Shown: positions 28,525 through 38,338 of the stretch, piece by piece
Layout of the letters: every line of letters begins with the position of its first letter
Numbering within the stretch: position 1 is the stretch's first letter
DNA from: an uncultured Clostridiaceae bacterium
GTDB taxonomy: Bacteria; Bacillota; Clostridia; TANB77; CAG-508
Direction: 5' to 3'
Assembly: GCA_946493085.1 (NCBI GenBank)
Contig: CAMMAC010000001.1
Location: forward strand, 2,593-66,592
DNA: 64,000 bases
The notes under the pieces: model-generated
Seen by the model: only the letters and a program-made list of their open reading frames with translations
Database searches by the model: none
What the model was told of the DNA's origin: nothing
Translations under genes and position numbers: made by a program

Positions 28525-30496
28525 AGAAAAAATGGCGAAAAGTATACTAATTACGGAGAAACCATCTGTAGCAATGGAATTTGCAAAAGTACTTGGAATC
28601 AATGGGGCAAGAAAAGATGGATACTTAGAGTCGACAGAGTGGATTGTTACTTGGTGTGTAGGACATTTGGTTACCATGTCCTACCCAGAGAAGTATGATG
28701 AAAAATTAAAAATATGGCGTTTAGATACCCTCCCTTTTCTACCAAAAGAATATAAATACGAAGTAATACCAAATGTACAAAAACAATTTAACATTATAAA
28801 AAATCTATTAGAAAGAGAAGATGTAGATACTATTTATGTATGCACAGACTCTGGGAGAGAGGGAGAATATATTTATCGTTTAGTAGAACAACAAATAGGA
28901 GTAAAAAACAAGCAAAGAAAAAGAGTTTGGATAGATTCTCAAACAGAGGAAGAAATTAAAAGAGGAATCAAAGAAGCAAAAGACCTATCCGAATATGATA
29001 GTTTATCTAGTTCCGCTTATTTAAGAGCAAAAGAAGATTATTTGATAGGAATTAATTTTTCACGCCTGCTTTCTATTATTTATGGAAGAAGAGTAGCCAA
29101 ACAAATCAACGAAGAAAGAGCTTCTATTTCAGTAGGACGTGTGATGACTTGTGTGTTAGGAATGGTAGTAGAAAGAGAGCGAGAAATTAGAAACTTTGTA
29201 AAAACACCTTATTATAAAGTGATTGGTAAATTTGGAGAGGAAAGAGGGGCTTTTACAGCGGAATGGAAAGTAACGAATGAATCCACTATGTGGGAGTCTC
29301 CAAAACTATATAACGAGAATGGCTTTAAAAAGAAAGAAGAAGCACAAAACTTTATTCTTTCTTTGAAAAATAAAAAAGCAACCATAACAGAGCTTAAGAA
29401 AAGCAAACAAAAAGAAAATGCACCGCTATTATTTAATTTAGCAGAAATACAAAATGAGTGTACCAAACGTTTTAAAATAAAACCAGATGAGACTCTGGAA
29501 ATTATTCAAAATTTATATGAAAAAAAATTAGTAACCTATCCAAGAACAGATGCTAGAGTATTATCTACAGCAGTGGCAAAAGTAATTTCTAAAAACTTAA
29601 ATGGTATAGCAAAAGGTTTTGCAGATACAGAAATACAAGGCTACATAGAAAAAATGGTAAAAGAAAAATATAGCACAAATTTATTAAAAACCAAATACGT
29701 AAATGATAGCAAAATCACAGACCACTATGCGATTATTCCAACAGGGCAAGGATTTGAAAATTATCAGCAATTACCAGATTTGCAGAAACAAATTTATCGA
29801 GTAATTGTAAAACGATTTTTAGCTATTTTTTACCCACCTGCACAGTACGAGAAAATAGCCGTAACCGTGCAAGTAGAAAAAGAACAATTTACTAGCAGTG
29901 GAAGAGTATGCACAGATTTAGGGTATTTAGAAGTATTAAAACCAAAAGCAAAAGAAGAGGTATCCACAAAACAAGAACAAAATGTGGATAAAAAGACAGA
30001 AGAAGAGCAAAACGAAGAAGAAATACAACCATTGGAAATTCTAAAAAACTTAAAAAAAGGACAAGAAATAGGTGTAGAAAATTATGAAATAAAAGAGGCA
30101 GAAACTTCTCCTCCTACCAGATACAATTCCGGCTCTATGATACTGGCAATGGAGAATGCAGGAAAACTAATAGAAGAAGAGGAATTGCGAGAGCAAATTA
30201 AAGGAGCAGGTATTGGAACAAGTGCTACTAGGGCAGAGATTATAAAAAAACTAGAAAAGATTCAATACATTACAATTAATAATAAAACACAAATTATTAC
30301 GCCAACTCAAAAAGGAGAAATTATCTATGATGTGATAAAATCCTCTATGCCAGATATGCTCAATCCAAAATTAACAGCTAGCTGGGAGAAGGGATTGGAA
30401 ATGGTGGCAAAAAATGAAATACAACCAGACGAATTTATGGAAAAATTAGAAAAATATATAAGGTCCAAATTTGATAGATTAGTAGTGAAATATTAA
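28517..30496 (+). CDS. topB: DNA topoisomerase III
   Basis: 659 aa. N-terminal Toprim (ILITEKPSVA...VCTDSGREGE) plus the topoisomerase IA core with catalytic Tyr region. Confidence 0.85.
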   Translation: MSKEKMAKSILITEKPSVAMEFAKVLGINGARKDGYLESTEWIVTWCVGHLVTMSYPEKYDEKLKIWRLDTLPFLPKEYKYEVIPNVQKQFNIIKNLLEREDVDTIYVCTDSGREGEYIYRLVEQQIGVKNKQRKRVWIDSQTEEEIKRGIKEAKDLSEYDSLSSSAYLRAKEDYLIGINFSRLLSIIYGRRVAKQINEERASISVGRVMTCVLGMVVEREREIRNFVKTPYYKVIGKFGEERGAFTAEWKVTNESTMWESPKLYNENGFKKKEEAQNFILSLKNKKATITELKKSKQKENAPLLFNLAEIQNECTKRFKIKPDETLEIIQNLYEKKLVTYPRTDARVLSTAVAKVISKNLNGIAKGFADTEIQGYIEKMVKEKYSTNLLKTKYVNDSKITDHYAIIPTGQGFENYQQLPDLQKQIYRVIVKRFLAIFYPPAQYEKIAVTVQVEKEQFTSSGRVCTDLGYLEVLKPKAKEEVSTKQEQNVDKKTEEEQNEEEIQPLEILKNLKKGQEIGVENYEIKEAETSPPTRYNSGSMILAMENAGKLIEEEELREQIKGAGIGTSATRAEIIKKLEKIQYITINNKTQIITPTQKGEIIYDVIKSSMPDMLNPKLTASWEKGLEMVAKNEIQPDEFMEKLEKYIRSKFDRLVVKY

Positions 30497-30599
30497 AAGT
30501 TAAATTTTTTCGGTCGCATTCACTATTTCTGTAAATTTAGGAAAGAAGCAGAACGTTCGGATGAAATTAAAGAAAAATGAAGTGAAAGAGGTGAAATTT

Positions 30600-31226
30600 A
30601 TGATGAAATCAGAAGATAATTATTTTTTATCCTTATCTAGTCAACAAAAAGAAAATATGTTAGAAACCATAAAAAAAGACGTGAGAAGAAGTGTATCAGA
30701 AGCAAGGTATGAACATTCTATAGGAACTATGCAAAAAGCAAAAGAATTAGCAGAGCTGTATGGAGAAGATCCGTTAGAAGCAATGCTTGTAGGATTAGTG
30801 CATGATATTGCAAAAGAAATGACAAAAGAACAATATTTTTTATATTGTGTACAAAATAAAATAGAAATGGATGAATTTGATAAAGTACAATCTGTCACAT
30901 TACATGGAAAAATAGGAGCAGATATAGCGAAAAAGAAATACCATTTTACCAAAGAAATGCAAGATGCTATTTATTATCATACTACAGGTAGGGCAAATAT
31001 GACGAAGCTTGATAAAATTATTTTCCTAGCAGATAAAATAGAAGATACAAGAGAAAACACAGAAGAATTAGAGCAAGTAAAAAATCTAGCTAAAAGAGAC
31101 ATGGATGAAGCCATTTTATGGGATATAGATCATTTTACAATACCAAAAATGATAAAACAAAGAAAGATGATACATCCTGATTCTATTTTTGCAAGAAATG
31201 ATATTATCAGGAGAAAAACAAAATAA
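30600..31226 (+). CDS. HD-domain protein, YqeK-like
   Basis: HSIGTMQKAKELAELYG...VHDIAKE and HTTGR motifs typical of YqeK HD hydrolases. Start placed at ATG 30600 after GAGGTG. Confidence 0.7.
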   Translation: MMKSEDNYFLSLSSQQKENMLETIKKDVRRSVSEARYEHSIGTMQKAKELAELYGEDPLEAMLVGLVHDIAKEMTKEQYFLYCVQNKIEMDEFDKVQSVTLHGKIGADIAKKKYHFTKEMQDAIYYHTTGRANMTKLDKIIFLADKIEDTRENTEELEQVKNLAKRDMDEAILWDIDHFTIPKMIKQRKMIHPDSIFARNDIIRRKTK

Positions 31227-31230
31227 AAAA

Positions 31231-31268
31231 TTGAACTTTAGGGAACTTCCTTAAAGTTCAATTTTTTT
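31231..31268 (+). terminator. GAACTTTAGGG palindrome family member: canonical intrinsic terminator
   Basis: TTGAACTTTAGGGAActTCCTTAAAGTTCAATTTTTTT; the stem pairs perfectly apart from one G-U wobble and is followed by a T-run. Confidence 0.8.
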
Positions 31269-31453
31269 AAATATATCTTTTTCTGTACAATAACCTAGTT
31301 TTTTATGGATAAATATGGTAAAAATAAAATTCTGAAATACTATATCCAAACTGAGGAAAATACGATATAATAAAAATAGATGAATTCATAAAGAAAAAGT
31401 GATATCTATCAAAAAAATATAAAATAAATTTGACAGAGCGAAAGGGGTTAAAC

Positions 31454-32323
31454 ATGAAATTAGGTTTGGCTTTAGCAGGTGGTGGTGTGAAAGGTGCGGC
31501 ACACATAGGAGTAATAAAAGCGTTAGAAGATAATCATATTACCATAAATGCCATAGGAGGAACGAGTATAGGAAGTATTGTAGCAACATTATATGCTATG
31601 GGATATAGTACGGAAAAAATGTTAGAAATTTTTCATTTTTTTGCAAAAGAAATTATGAGAGCGAATCCAAAACATGTAGTAAATAATGTACGTAAAACGA
31701 GAAAAATTTTAGGATATGGGTTATTATCTGGAGAGAGTATAGAGATTGCAGTAAAAGAATGTGCAAAATCAAAAAATATAAACAATATCGCAGATATTAA
31801 AATGCCACTTGCTATACCGGCAGTAGATATTTTAAACAGTAAGGAATATGTTTTTACAAACGATAAAGCTATAGAAGAAAATCATTTGAATAGCATAGCA
31901 ATTGAAACAGCAGTAAGAGCGAGCTGTAGCTATCCAGTTCTATTTGAACCATGTACATATGAAGGACATCAATTTGTAGATGGAGGAATATTAGATAATC
32001 TGCCAGCGAAAGAAGTAAGAAAATTAGGAGTAGATAAAGTACTTTCTGTAAAATTTAGTGCGGGGTTGAGTTTCAAACCAAAAAATGCTTATGATATTGC
32101 ATTTAAAGCAGTAGATATTCTTTTCGATAATCGTTCGCAGGAAGCAGTAAAAGAAAGTGATTATACATTAGAATTGGATTTGTCAGAAGCGAGTGTATTC
32201 AATATTAAAAAAATAGATTATTGTTATAATATAGGCTATATTACAGCTATTTCAAGAATGAAAGAAATAAAGAAAATCATAAAAGAAAAAGAAGAGGAGG
32301 GAAAATATGGAGAAGAAGAGTAA
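31454..32323 (+). CDS. Patatin-like phospholipase
   Basis: GGGVKGAAHIGV (oxyanion) and GTSIGS (GxSxG) motifs. DGG near the C-terminus. Confidence 0.85.
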   Translation: MKLGLALAGGGVKGAAHIGVIKALEDNHITINAIGGTSIGSIVATLYAMGYSTEKMLEIFHFFAKEIMRANPKHVVNNVRKTRKILGYGLLSGESIEIAVKECAKSKNINNIADIKMPLAIPAVDILNSKEYVFTNDKAIEENHLNSIAIETAVRASCSYPVLFEPCTYEGHQFVDGGILDNLPAKEVRKLGVDKVLSVKFSAGLSFKPKNAYDIAFKAVDILFDNRSQEAVKESDYTLELDLSEASVFNIKKIDYCYNIGYITAISRMKEIKKIIKEKEEEGKYGEEE

Positions 32324-33437
32324 CTTTGGAAAAATCGTATTCATTTTGATTATTTTCATCATAATAATATTGGGAATTTTAATCATGAAACAATCTGGCA
32401 TGGAATTGTTGCCAAATGAAGGAAATACAGAAGAAACATCTGGTGCAGTAAAAAATATGATGAGTGAAAGTAACATAAAGAACGAAATGCAATATGAACA
32501 AACCAATATTGTAGAGCCAGTATTAAAAGTAGAAACCAGCAACTCTAATACAACAGAAAATACAATGCAAGAAAGTAATGGTTATTTTTATTCACAATTA
32601 GGAGAAGATGCTAAAAAAATATATGATGCAATAGAAAATCATATAGAAGAAATGAAAACAGGAAATTATACCATCGATATGGGAGATACCTTTCAAGAAC
32701 TTTTAGAACAAGAAGATGGTTCCGCTAGATTGGAACAAGCTTATCAAGATGCATGGGATGCTATTAATACAGATCGAGTAGATTTATTTTATATAGACAG
32801 TTCAAAAGTGCGTTTGTATACGAAACAGACAACTTTTTGGAATCATAGTACTTATACCGTATCTATAGGACCAGTGGAAAATAGTAACTATTTCGCACAG
32901 GGATATACCTCTAAACAAATGGTAGAGCAGACGTTAGCAGAACTAGAAAATACAAAACAAACCATTGTGTCACAACTTACCGGTAACACTTATCAAAAAA
33001 TGGCACAGCTAAATACCTATTTAGTGGATACTATTACCTATGACGAAACATTAAATCGAACAAATACAAGAAATATATATGGAGCATTAATAGAAAAACA
33101 AGTAGTGTGTGAGGGATATGCTAAGGCATTAAAATATGTATTAGATGCCATAGATATTCCATGTGTCATCGTATCAGGAACAGCAACCAATACAGATGGG
33201 CAAACAGAAGCCCATATGTGGAATTATGTGCAAATAGGAGAAAATTGGTATGCCGTAGATAGTACATGGAATGACCCTGCTATAGTGGGAGGAGGAAGCC
33301 CAACCCACGCAATGAAAACAGCTTATCTATGTAAAGGTCAAAGTACTATGCAAAAGGATCATATTCCGAATGGAAAAGTATCACAAAAAGGTATGACATT
33401 TACTTATCCAATATTAAGCCAGCAAGATTATTATTAA
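32307..33437 (+). CDS. Membrane-anchored transglutaminase-like cysteine protease domain protein
   Basis: C-terminal transglutaminase core: CEGYAKAL...HMWNYV...D (Cys-His-Asp). Confidence 0.7.
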   Translation: MEKKSNFGKIVFILIIFIIIILGILIMKQSGMELLPNEGNTEETSGAVKNMMSESNIKNEMQYEQTNIVEPVLKVETSNSNTTENTMQESNGYFYSQLGEDAKKIYDAIENHIEEMKTGNYTIDMGDTFQELLEQEDGSARLEQAYQDAWDAINTDRVDLFYIDSSKVRLYTKQTTFWNHSTYTVSIGPVENSNYFAQGYTSKQMVEQTLAELENTKQTIVSQLTGNTYQKMAQLNTYLVDTITYDETLNRTNTRNIYGALIEKQVVCEGYAKALKYVLDAIDIPCVIVSGTATNTDGQTEAHMWNYVQIGENWYAVDSTWNDPAIVGGGSPTHAMKTAYLCKGQSTMQKDHIPNGKVSQKGMTFTYPILSQQDYY

Positions 33438-33622
33438 TATTTCGTTAAAGTGTCCCACAAAAGGTCAGAGCTAGAGAGGGACATTTTTTCTTTTTTTTAT
33501 GTGGAAACATTGACTTTTTCTGGATTTCCGTATATGATATATGTATTCAAAATATGCATTTTTATAGAAAAAATAAAAAGATATGCAAAAAGGAACCACA
33601 AACCGTTCAAGGAGGAAAAAAT

Positions 33623-34417
33623 ATGGGTGAGGTTATAGTAATAACATCTGGAAAGGGAGGCGTTGGAAAAACAACTACAACAGCCAATTTAGGTTCTGCT
33701 CTAGCGTTAAGAGGAAAAAAAGTAGTGCTAGTAGATACCGATATTGGGCTTCGTAACTTAGATGTTGTTATGGGACTTGAAAACAGAATTGTCTATGACA
33801 TTGTAGATGTTGTAGAAGAAAAATGCAAATTAAGACAAGCTCTCATAAAGGACAAACGTTTTAACGAGTTATTCCTACTTCCAGCAGCGCAAACAAGAGA
33901 TAAAAGTGCAGTAAATGAAGAACAAATGATAGAACTAACCAAAAAACTAAAAGAAGAATTTGATTATATTCTAGTAGATTGCCCAGCAGGAATTGAGCAA
34001 GGTTTTAAAAATGCAGTAGCAGGGGCTGATAGAGCCATTGTCGTAACAACAGCAGAGATATCTGCTATTCGTGATGCAGATAGAATTATTGGTTTATTAG
34101 AAGCTTCTGAAATCAAAAATCCGGAATTAGTCATTAATAGATTACGTCCTAATATGGTAAAAAAAGGTGAAATGATGGATGTAGAGGATATTGTAGATTT
34201 ATTATCTATTGATTTAATTGGAGTAGTGCCAGATGATGAATATATTATTACACAAACCAATAAAGGAGAACCTGTTATATCGAATCATAAGGCTCCTTCT
34301 GGGAAGGCATATACAGAAATTGCAAGACGAATATTAGGAGAAAATGTAGAAATAACCATTCCTGGAAGAGAAAAAGGGTTCATGGCAAAAATCAAAAGAA
34401 TTTTCTCTAAAAAATAA
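33623..34417 (+). CDS. minD: Septum site-determining ATPase MinD
   Basis: Deviant Walker A SGKGGVGKTT. C-terminal amphipathic helix GFMAKIKRIFSKK. RBS AAGGAGGAAAAAAT before the ATG at 33623. Confidence 0.9.
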   Translation: MGEVIVITSGKGGVGKTTTTANLGSALALRGKKVVLVDTDIGLRNLDVVMGLENRIVYDIVDVVEEKCKLRQALIKDKRFNELFLLPAAQTRDKSAVNEEQMIELTKKLKEEFDYILVDCPAGIEQGFKNAVAGADRAIVVTTAEISAIRDADRIIGLLEASEIKNPELVINRLRPNMVKKGEMMDVEDIVDLLSIDLIGVVPDDEYIITQTNKGEPVISNHKAPSGKAYTEIARRILGENVEITIPGREKGFMAKIKRIFSKK

Positions 34418-34441
34418 AAAATCAAAAGTGGAGGAAATAGG

Positions 34442-35017
34442 ATGTTCGAGAGTATCACAAAATTTTTTAAGAAATTTACGAAGCAAAAAGAAGCAGATTC
34501 TAAAGATACAGCAAAAGAAAGATTACATTTAGTATTAATGCAAGATAGAGCTAATGTTTCTGCTGATTTCTTAGAATTAATGAGACAAGAAATTATAGAA
34601 GTCATCAAAAAATATGTAGATGCAGATGAAAGTGCCATTGATGTTAAGCTAATTAATAAAACGAATAGCGATGGTACAATAGGTGCACCTGCTCTTTATG
34701 CTAATATTCCTATTGTTAGTATTAAAGATGAATCTAGAAAAATAACAATGCCAAAGCAAGAAAATAAAGAAAAAGAAGAAACCATGCAAAAAGAAAAAAT
34801 TCAAGAGGAAGTAAAAAAGGCAGAAGAAGTGATTGAAAAGGCAGAGCAACTAGAACAAAATGAAAATAATGCTAAGGAAGAACAAGAAGATAACAACACA
34901 CCAGTAGAAGAAAATAAAGAAGAAGGCATAGAAAAAACAGAAAAAGAAATTATAGAAAGTGAAAAAATAGTAGAGGAACCATTAGAAACAAAAGATGATG
35001 AAAAAGCAGAGGCTTAG
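34442..35017 (+). CDS. minE: Cell-division topological specificity factor MinE with ~100-aa K/E-rich C-terminal extension
   Basis: The N-terminal ~90 aa (…RLHLVLMQDRANVSADFLELMRQEIIEVIKKYVDADESAIDVKL…) match MinE. The rest is low-complexity acidic/lysine-rich. Confidence 0.75.
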   Translation: MFESITKFFKKFTKQKEADSKDTAKERLHLVLMQDRANVSADFLELMRQEIIEVIKKYVDADESAIDVKLINKTNSDGTIGAPALYANIPIVSIKDESRKITMPKQENKEKEETMQKEKIQEEVKKAEEVIEKAEQLEQNENNAKEEQEDNNTPVEENKEEGIEKTEKEIIESEKIVEEPLETKDDEKAEA

Positions 35018-35076
35018 AAAAATGGCAATTCTTTTCCAACCAAATTTGTACTTTTAGAAAAGGAAGGATAGGAATC

Positions 35077-36183
35077 GTGAGGAAAAAAATTTGGAAAAAT
35101 ATAGAATGGGGAATACTAATTTGTACCATTTTATTAATTGGTATAGGATTAGTAGCACTATTTTCTGCAACGCAAAATACAGAATATGAAGAGTTAAAAA
35201 GGCAGATAATGTGGTTAGGAATTAGTATTCCTATTGTCATAATAGTGATAGTGATAGACTATGAATGGATAGCGAAAATATCACCTATTGTCTATGGAAT
35301 TGTATTAATATTACTGGTAGCTGTTTTATTTACAGAATCCATCAATGGAGCAAGTAGTTGGTTTAATTTGGGATCATTTTCTATTCAACCGTCAGAATTT
35401 GCTAAAATCTTTACAGTTATTGTATTTGCCTTAGTTATTACCAAAATACAAGCAAGAGGAAGAGATGAGCTAAGTAGACCTACTAGACTACTATTAGCTC
35501 TTATGGTTGTAGCAGTTCCCGTTTTATTAATTATTAAACAGCCAGATTATGGAACAGCACTTGCCTTTTTAATGGCTACTGTGTTTATGCTATTTGTTGC
35601 AGGAATCAAAAAAAGATATATTATTGGAGCCATTTTAATTGTAGTAATTGCAGCTCCCTTACTATATTTCTTTATATTACCAGAACATGCAAAAACTAGA
35701 ATAGATGTATTTTTAAATCCAGATTTAGATCCAAGAGGTGCAGGCTATAATGTCATACAGTCCAAATTAGCTATTGGTTCTGGTCAATTCTTGGGAATGG
35801 GATTATTAAAAGGAAATCAAACACAGTTAGGATTTCTATATCCAAAAACAACAGATTTTATCTTTTCTGTTATAGGAGAAGAAATGGGATTTGTAGCAAC
35901 AGCAGGAATTGTTATTGTCTATGTTGTATTAATTACAAAAGCAATTTATGTGGCAAAAACAGCCAAAGACGATTTAGGTTCTTATATAGCAGCGGGAATA
36001 GCAGGTATTTTCTTATTTCATATGGTAGAAAATATAGGCATGACGATAGGACTTCTTCCTATTACCGGTGTTCCATTGCCATTTGTAAGTTATGGAGGAA
36101 GTTCACTGCTTACCAACTTAATTTTAATTGCACTATTATTAAATATTAGTGGAAGAAGACAAAAAGCAATATTTGTAGAATAA
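35077..36183 (+). CDS. rodA: SEDS-family peptidoglycan glycosyltransferase (RodA/FtsW)
   Basis: 368 aa with 10 TM and conserved SEDS motifs (GDxxxxxxxxSEF...; ...VPLPFVSYGGSS). Confidence 0.85.
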   Translation: MRKKIWKNIEWGILICTILLIGIGLVALFSATQNTEYEELKRQIMWLGISIPIVIIVIVIDYEWIAKISPIVYGIVLILLVAVLFTESINGASSWFNLGSFSIQPSEFAKIFTVIVFALVITKIQARGRDELSRPTRLLLALMVVAVPVLLIIKQPDYGTALAFLMATVFMLFVAGIKKRYIIGAILIVVIAAPLLYFFILPEHAKTRIDVFLNPDLDPRGAGYNVIQSKLAIGSGQFLGMGLLKGNQTQLGFLYPKTTDFIFSVIGEEMGFVATAGIVIVYVVLITKAIYVAKTAKDDLGSYIAAGIAGIFLFHMVENIGMTIGLLPITGVPLPFVSYGGSSLLTNLILIALLLNISGRRQKAIFVE

Positions 36184-36246
36184 AGTATTATTTTCCGGTA
36201 GAACTTAAGAGCTACCGGAAATTGTATTAGAAAGGTAGAAATCAAA

Positions 36247-37236
36247 GTGTTATTAAAACCATTAACTATCGGAAATGTAAGCTTAGAAAATAATGTAATT
36301 TTAGCTCCTATGGCAGGACTAACCGATAATCCTTTTCGTAGGATTGTAAAGCAAGTAGGAAGAGTAGGTTTAGTTTGCACAGAAATGATAAGCAGTAAGG
36401 GGATTTTTTATCATGACCAAAAAACGTTTTCGTTATGGGATAGAAATAAAGAAAAAGAACCTGTATCGGTGCAGATTTTTGGAAGTGATAAAGAAGCCAT
36501 TAGTTATGCAGTGAAAGTGTTAGTGGAAAAAGATGCAACAATGATTGATATCAATATGGGTTGTCCAGCTCCTAAAATTGTAAAAAACGGAGATGGAAGC
36601 AAGTTATTATTAGACTTACCATTAGCAGAAGAAATTGCAAGAGTAGCAGTAAAAGCGGCAGAAGGAAAAGTTCCTATTACAGTAAAAATGAGAATAGGAT
36701 GGGATAGAGAGCATATTGTAGCAGTAGAAGCGGCCAAACGCCTAGAAAGAGCAGGAGTATCTGCTATTACCGTGCATGGTAGAACGAGAGAAGAATATTA
36801 TGCAGGAAAAGCAGATTGGGAAATGATTCGAAAAGTAAAAGAAGCTGTTTCTATTCCAGTTATCGGAAATGGTGATGTTAAAACAAAAGAAGATGCGGCT
36901 TCCATGATAGAGCAAACAAAAGTAGATGGCATTATGGTAGGAAGAGCAGCTGTAGGAAATCCATGGCTGTTACGAGAAATTATTAGCTTTTTGCAAGGAA
37001 AAGAAACATTACCTGTTAGTAATGACGAAAAATTACAAACGATTTTGCAACATATCGATTGGGAGGTAGAAAAAAAAGGAGAGACAGTAGGAATTAAAGA
37101 ATTAAGAAAGCACTTATGTGCTTATTTAAAAAATATGCCGGAAGCGGCAAAGATGAGAGAAAAGATAAATACAATAGAAACAAAAAAGGAATTGGTACAA
37201 AGCTTTACCGAATACTTTCAAAATTTAGGAATATAG
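36247..37236 (+). CDS. dusB: tRNA-dihydrouridine synthase
   Basis: [14 protein letters not shown], catalytic Cys region [11 protein letters not shown]-binding TIM barrel. Confidence 0.85.
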   Translation: MLLKPLTIGNVSLENNVILAPMAGLTDNPFRRIVKQVGRVGLVCTEMISSKGIFYHDQKTFSLWDRNKEKEPVSVQIFGSDKEAISYAVKVLVEKDATMIDINMGCPAPKIVKNGDGSKLLLDLPLAEEIARVAVKAAEGKVPITVKMRIGWDREHIVAVEAAKRLERAGVSAITVHGRTREEYYAGKADWEMIRKVKEAVSIPVIGNGDVKTKEDAASMIEQTKVDGIMVGRAAVGNPWLLREIISFLQGKETLPVSNDEKLQTILQHIDWEVEKKGETVGIKELRKHLCAYLKNMPEAAKMREKINTIETKKELVQSFTEYFQNLGI

Positions 37237-37271
37237 ATAGAATAAGAAATAACAGGAGGGGAAAATATCCT

Positions 37272-37889
37272 ATGCATAAAAAAATAAAAATTCTATCTAT
37301 TATCCTATTAGGAATTGGCATTATTTCCTTTTTTATTTTTTTCCTATTTTGTGATAAAACAAAAGAAAATGGAAATACTATAACTAATCGATCGGAAGAA
37401 GAAATGATACAAAGTATTTTAAATATGGAGCAGTATACAGCAGAAATGTTGGTAGAAGTACAAAGTAATAAAAATAGTAATCAATATAAAATAAAACAAA
37501 CTTACAGTAAACACAATATAGAAAGACAAGAAGTATTAGAACCAAGTCATATTGCAGGAATTATTACAGAATATGATGGACAAAATTTGAAGATAACTAA
37601 TCAAAAACTAAATTTGACCACGCTATATGAAAATTATCCCTATGTAGTAAGTAATGATTTATGGCTGAATAGTTTTATAAACGATTATCAAAACTATGAG
37701 AATAAAAAAAGTAATGTAGAGCAGGAACAAATTGTATTAGAAGTTAAAAATGAAACAGGTAATAAATACAATTTGTACAAAAAACTTTATATAGACACAA
37801 AAACAGGAAAACCAACAAAATTAATTGTACAGGATATTAACCAAAATACCACAATTTACATATCATATACTAAGATAGAAATATCTTAA
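37272..37889 (+). CDS. Hypothetical membrane-anchored protein
   Basis: N-terminal TM (ILSIILLGIGIISFFIFFLF). RBS AGGAGGGG before the ATG at 37272. The ORF upstream of this Met overlaps dusB and is unlikely to be coding. Confidence 0.5.
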   Translation: MHKKIKILSIILLGIGIISFFIFFLFCDKTKENGNTITNRSEEEMIQSILNMEQYTAEMLVEVQSNKNSNQYKIKQTYSKHNIERQEVLEPSHIAGIITEYDGQNLKITNQKLNLTTLYENYPYVVSNDLWLNSFINDYQNYENKKSNVEQEQIVLEVKNETGNKYNLYKKLYIDTKTGKPTKLIVQDINQNTTIYISYTKIEIS

Positions 37890-37959
37890 AAATGCGCATG
37901 TTTAAAATAAATTAACAAAGGCACTTTCGATACGTAAAAATAGTAGGAGTGATTCACAA

Positions 37960-38304
37960 ATGGTAATAAAAAGAGGAGATATGTTCTATGCGGATTTAAG
38001 TCCTGTAGTAGGTTCAGAACAAGGAGGAATTAGACCGGTTATTATCATACAAAATGATATAGGAAATAAGCATAGTCCCACTGTAATTGCAGCAGCAATT
38101 ACCTCTCAGACAGGAAAAAATAAATTACCTACTCATATAGAAATAGGCTCACAAAATAATGGATTAAAGTCAGATTCGATTGTGCTCACAGAACAAATAC
38201 GTACAATTGATAAAAGTAGATTAAAAGAAAAAATTGGGCATATTGATGATGAAGTGGTAATGGAAAAAATTAATAATGCACTAGGTGTTAGTTTTGGTTT
38301 GTGA
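37960..38304 (+). CDS. mazF: MazF/PemK/EndoA-family type II toxin endoribonuclease
   Basis: MVIKRGDMFYADLSPVVGSEQGGIRPVIIIQNDIGNKHSPTVIAAAITSQ closely matches EndoA/MazF. Confidence 0.85.
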   Translation: MVIKRGDMFYADLSPVVGSEQGGIRPVIIIQNDIGNKHSPTVIAAAITSQTGKNKLPTHIEIGSQNNGLKSDSIVLTEQIRTIDKSRLKEKIGHIDDEVVMEKINNALGVSFGL

Positions 38305-38331
38305 ACTTTAAGGAACGTCCCTAAAGTTCAC
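38301..38331. terminator. GAACTTTAGGG palindrome family member between convergent genes
   Basis: GTGAACTTTAAGGAAcgTCCCTAAAGTTCAC followed by TTCTTTTT. Confidence 0.6.
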
Positions 38332-38338
38332 ATTCTTT

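Noticed and set aside
33450-33638. 62-aa ORF upstream of minD
   Set aside because: It lies within the minD promoter/leader, overlaps a terminator hairpin, and has no RBS or motif.
35077-36183. Calling the SEDS gene ftsW rather than rodA
   Set aside because: Its position right after minDE, as in the mreBCD-minCDE-rodA arrangements of Firmicutes, favours rodA, though the sequence alone cannot distinguish the two.
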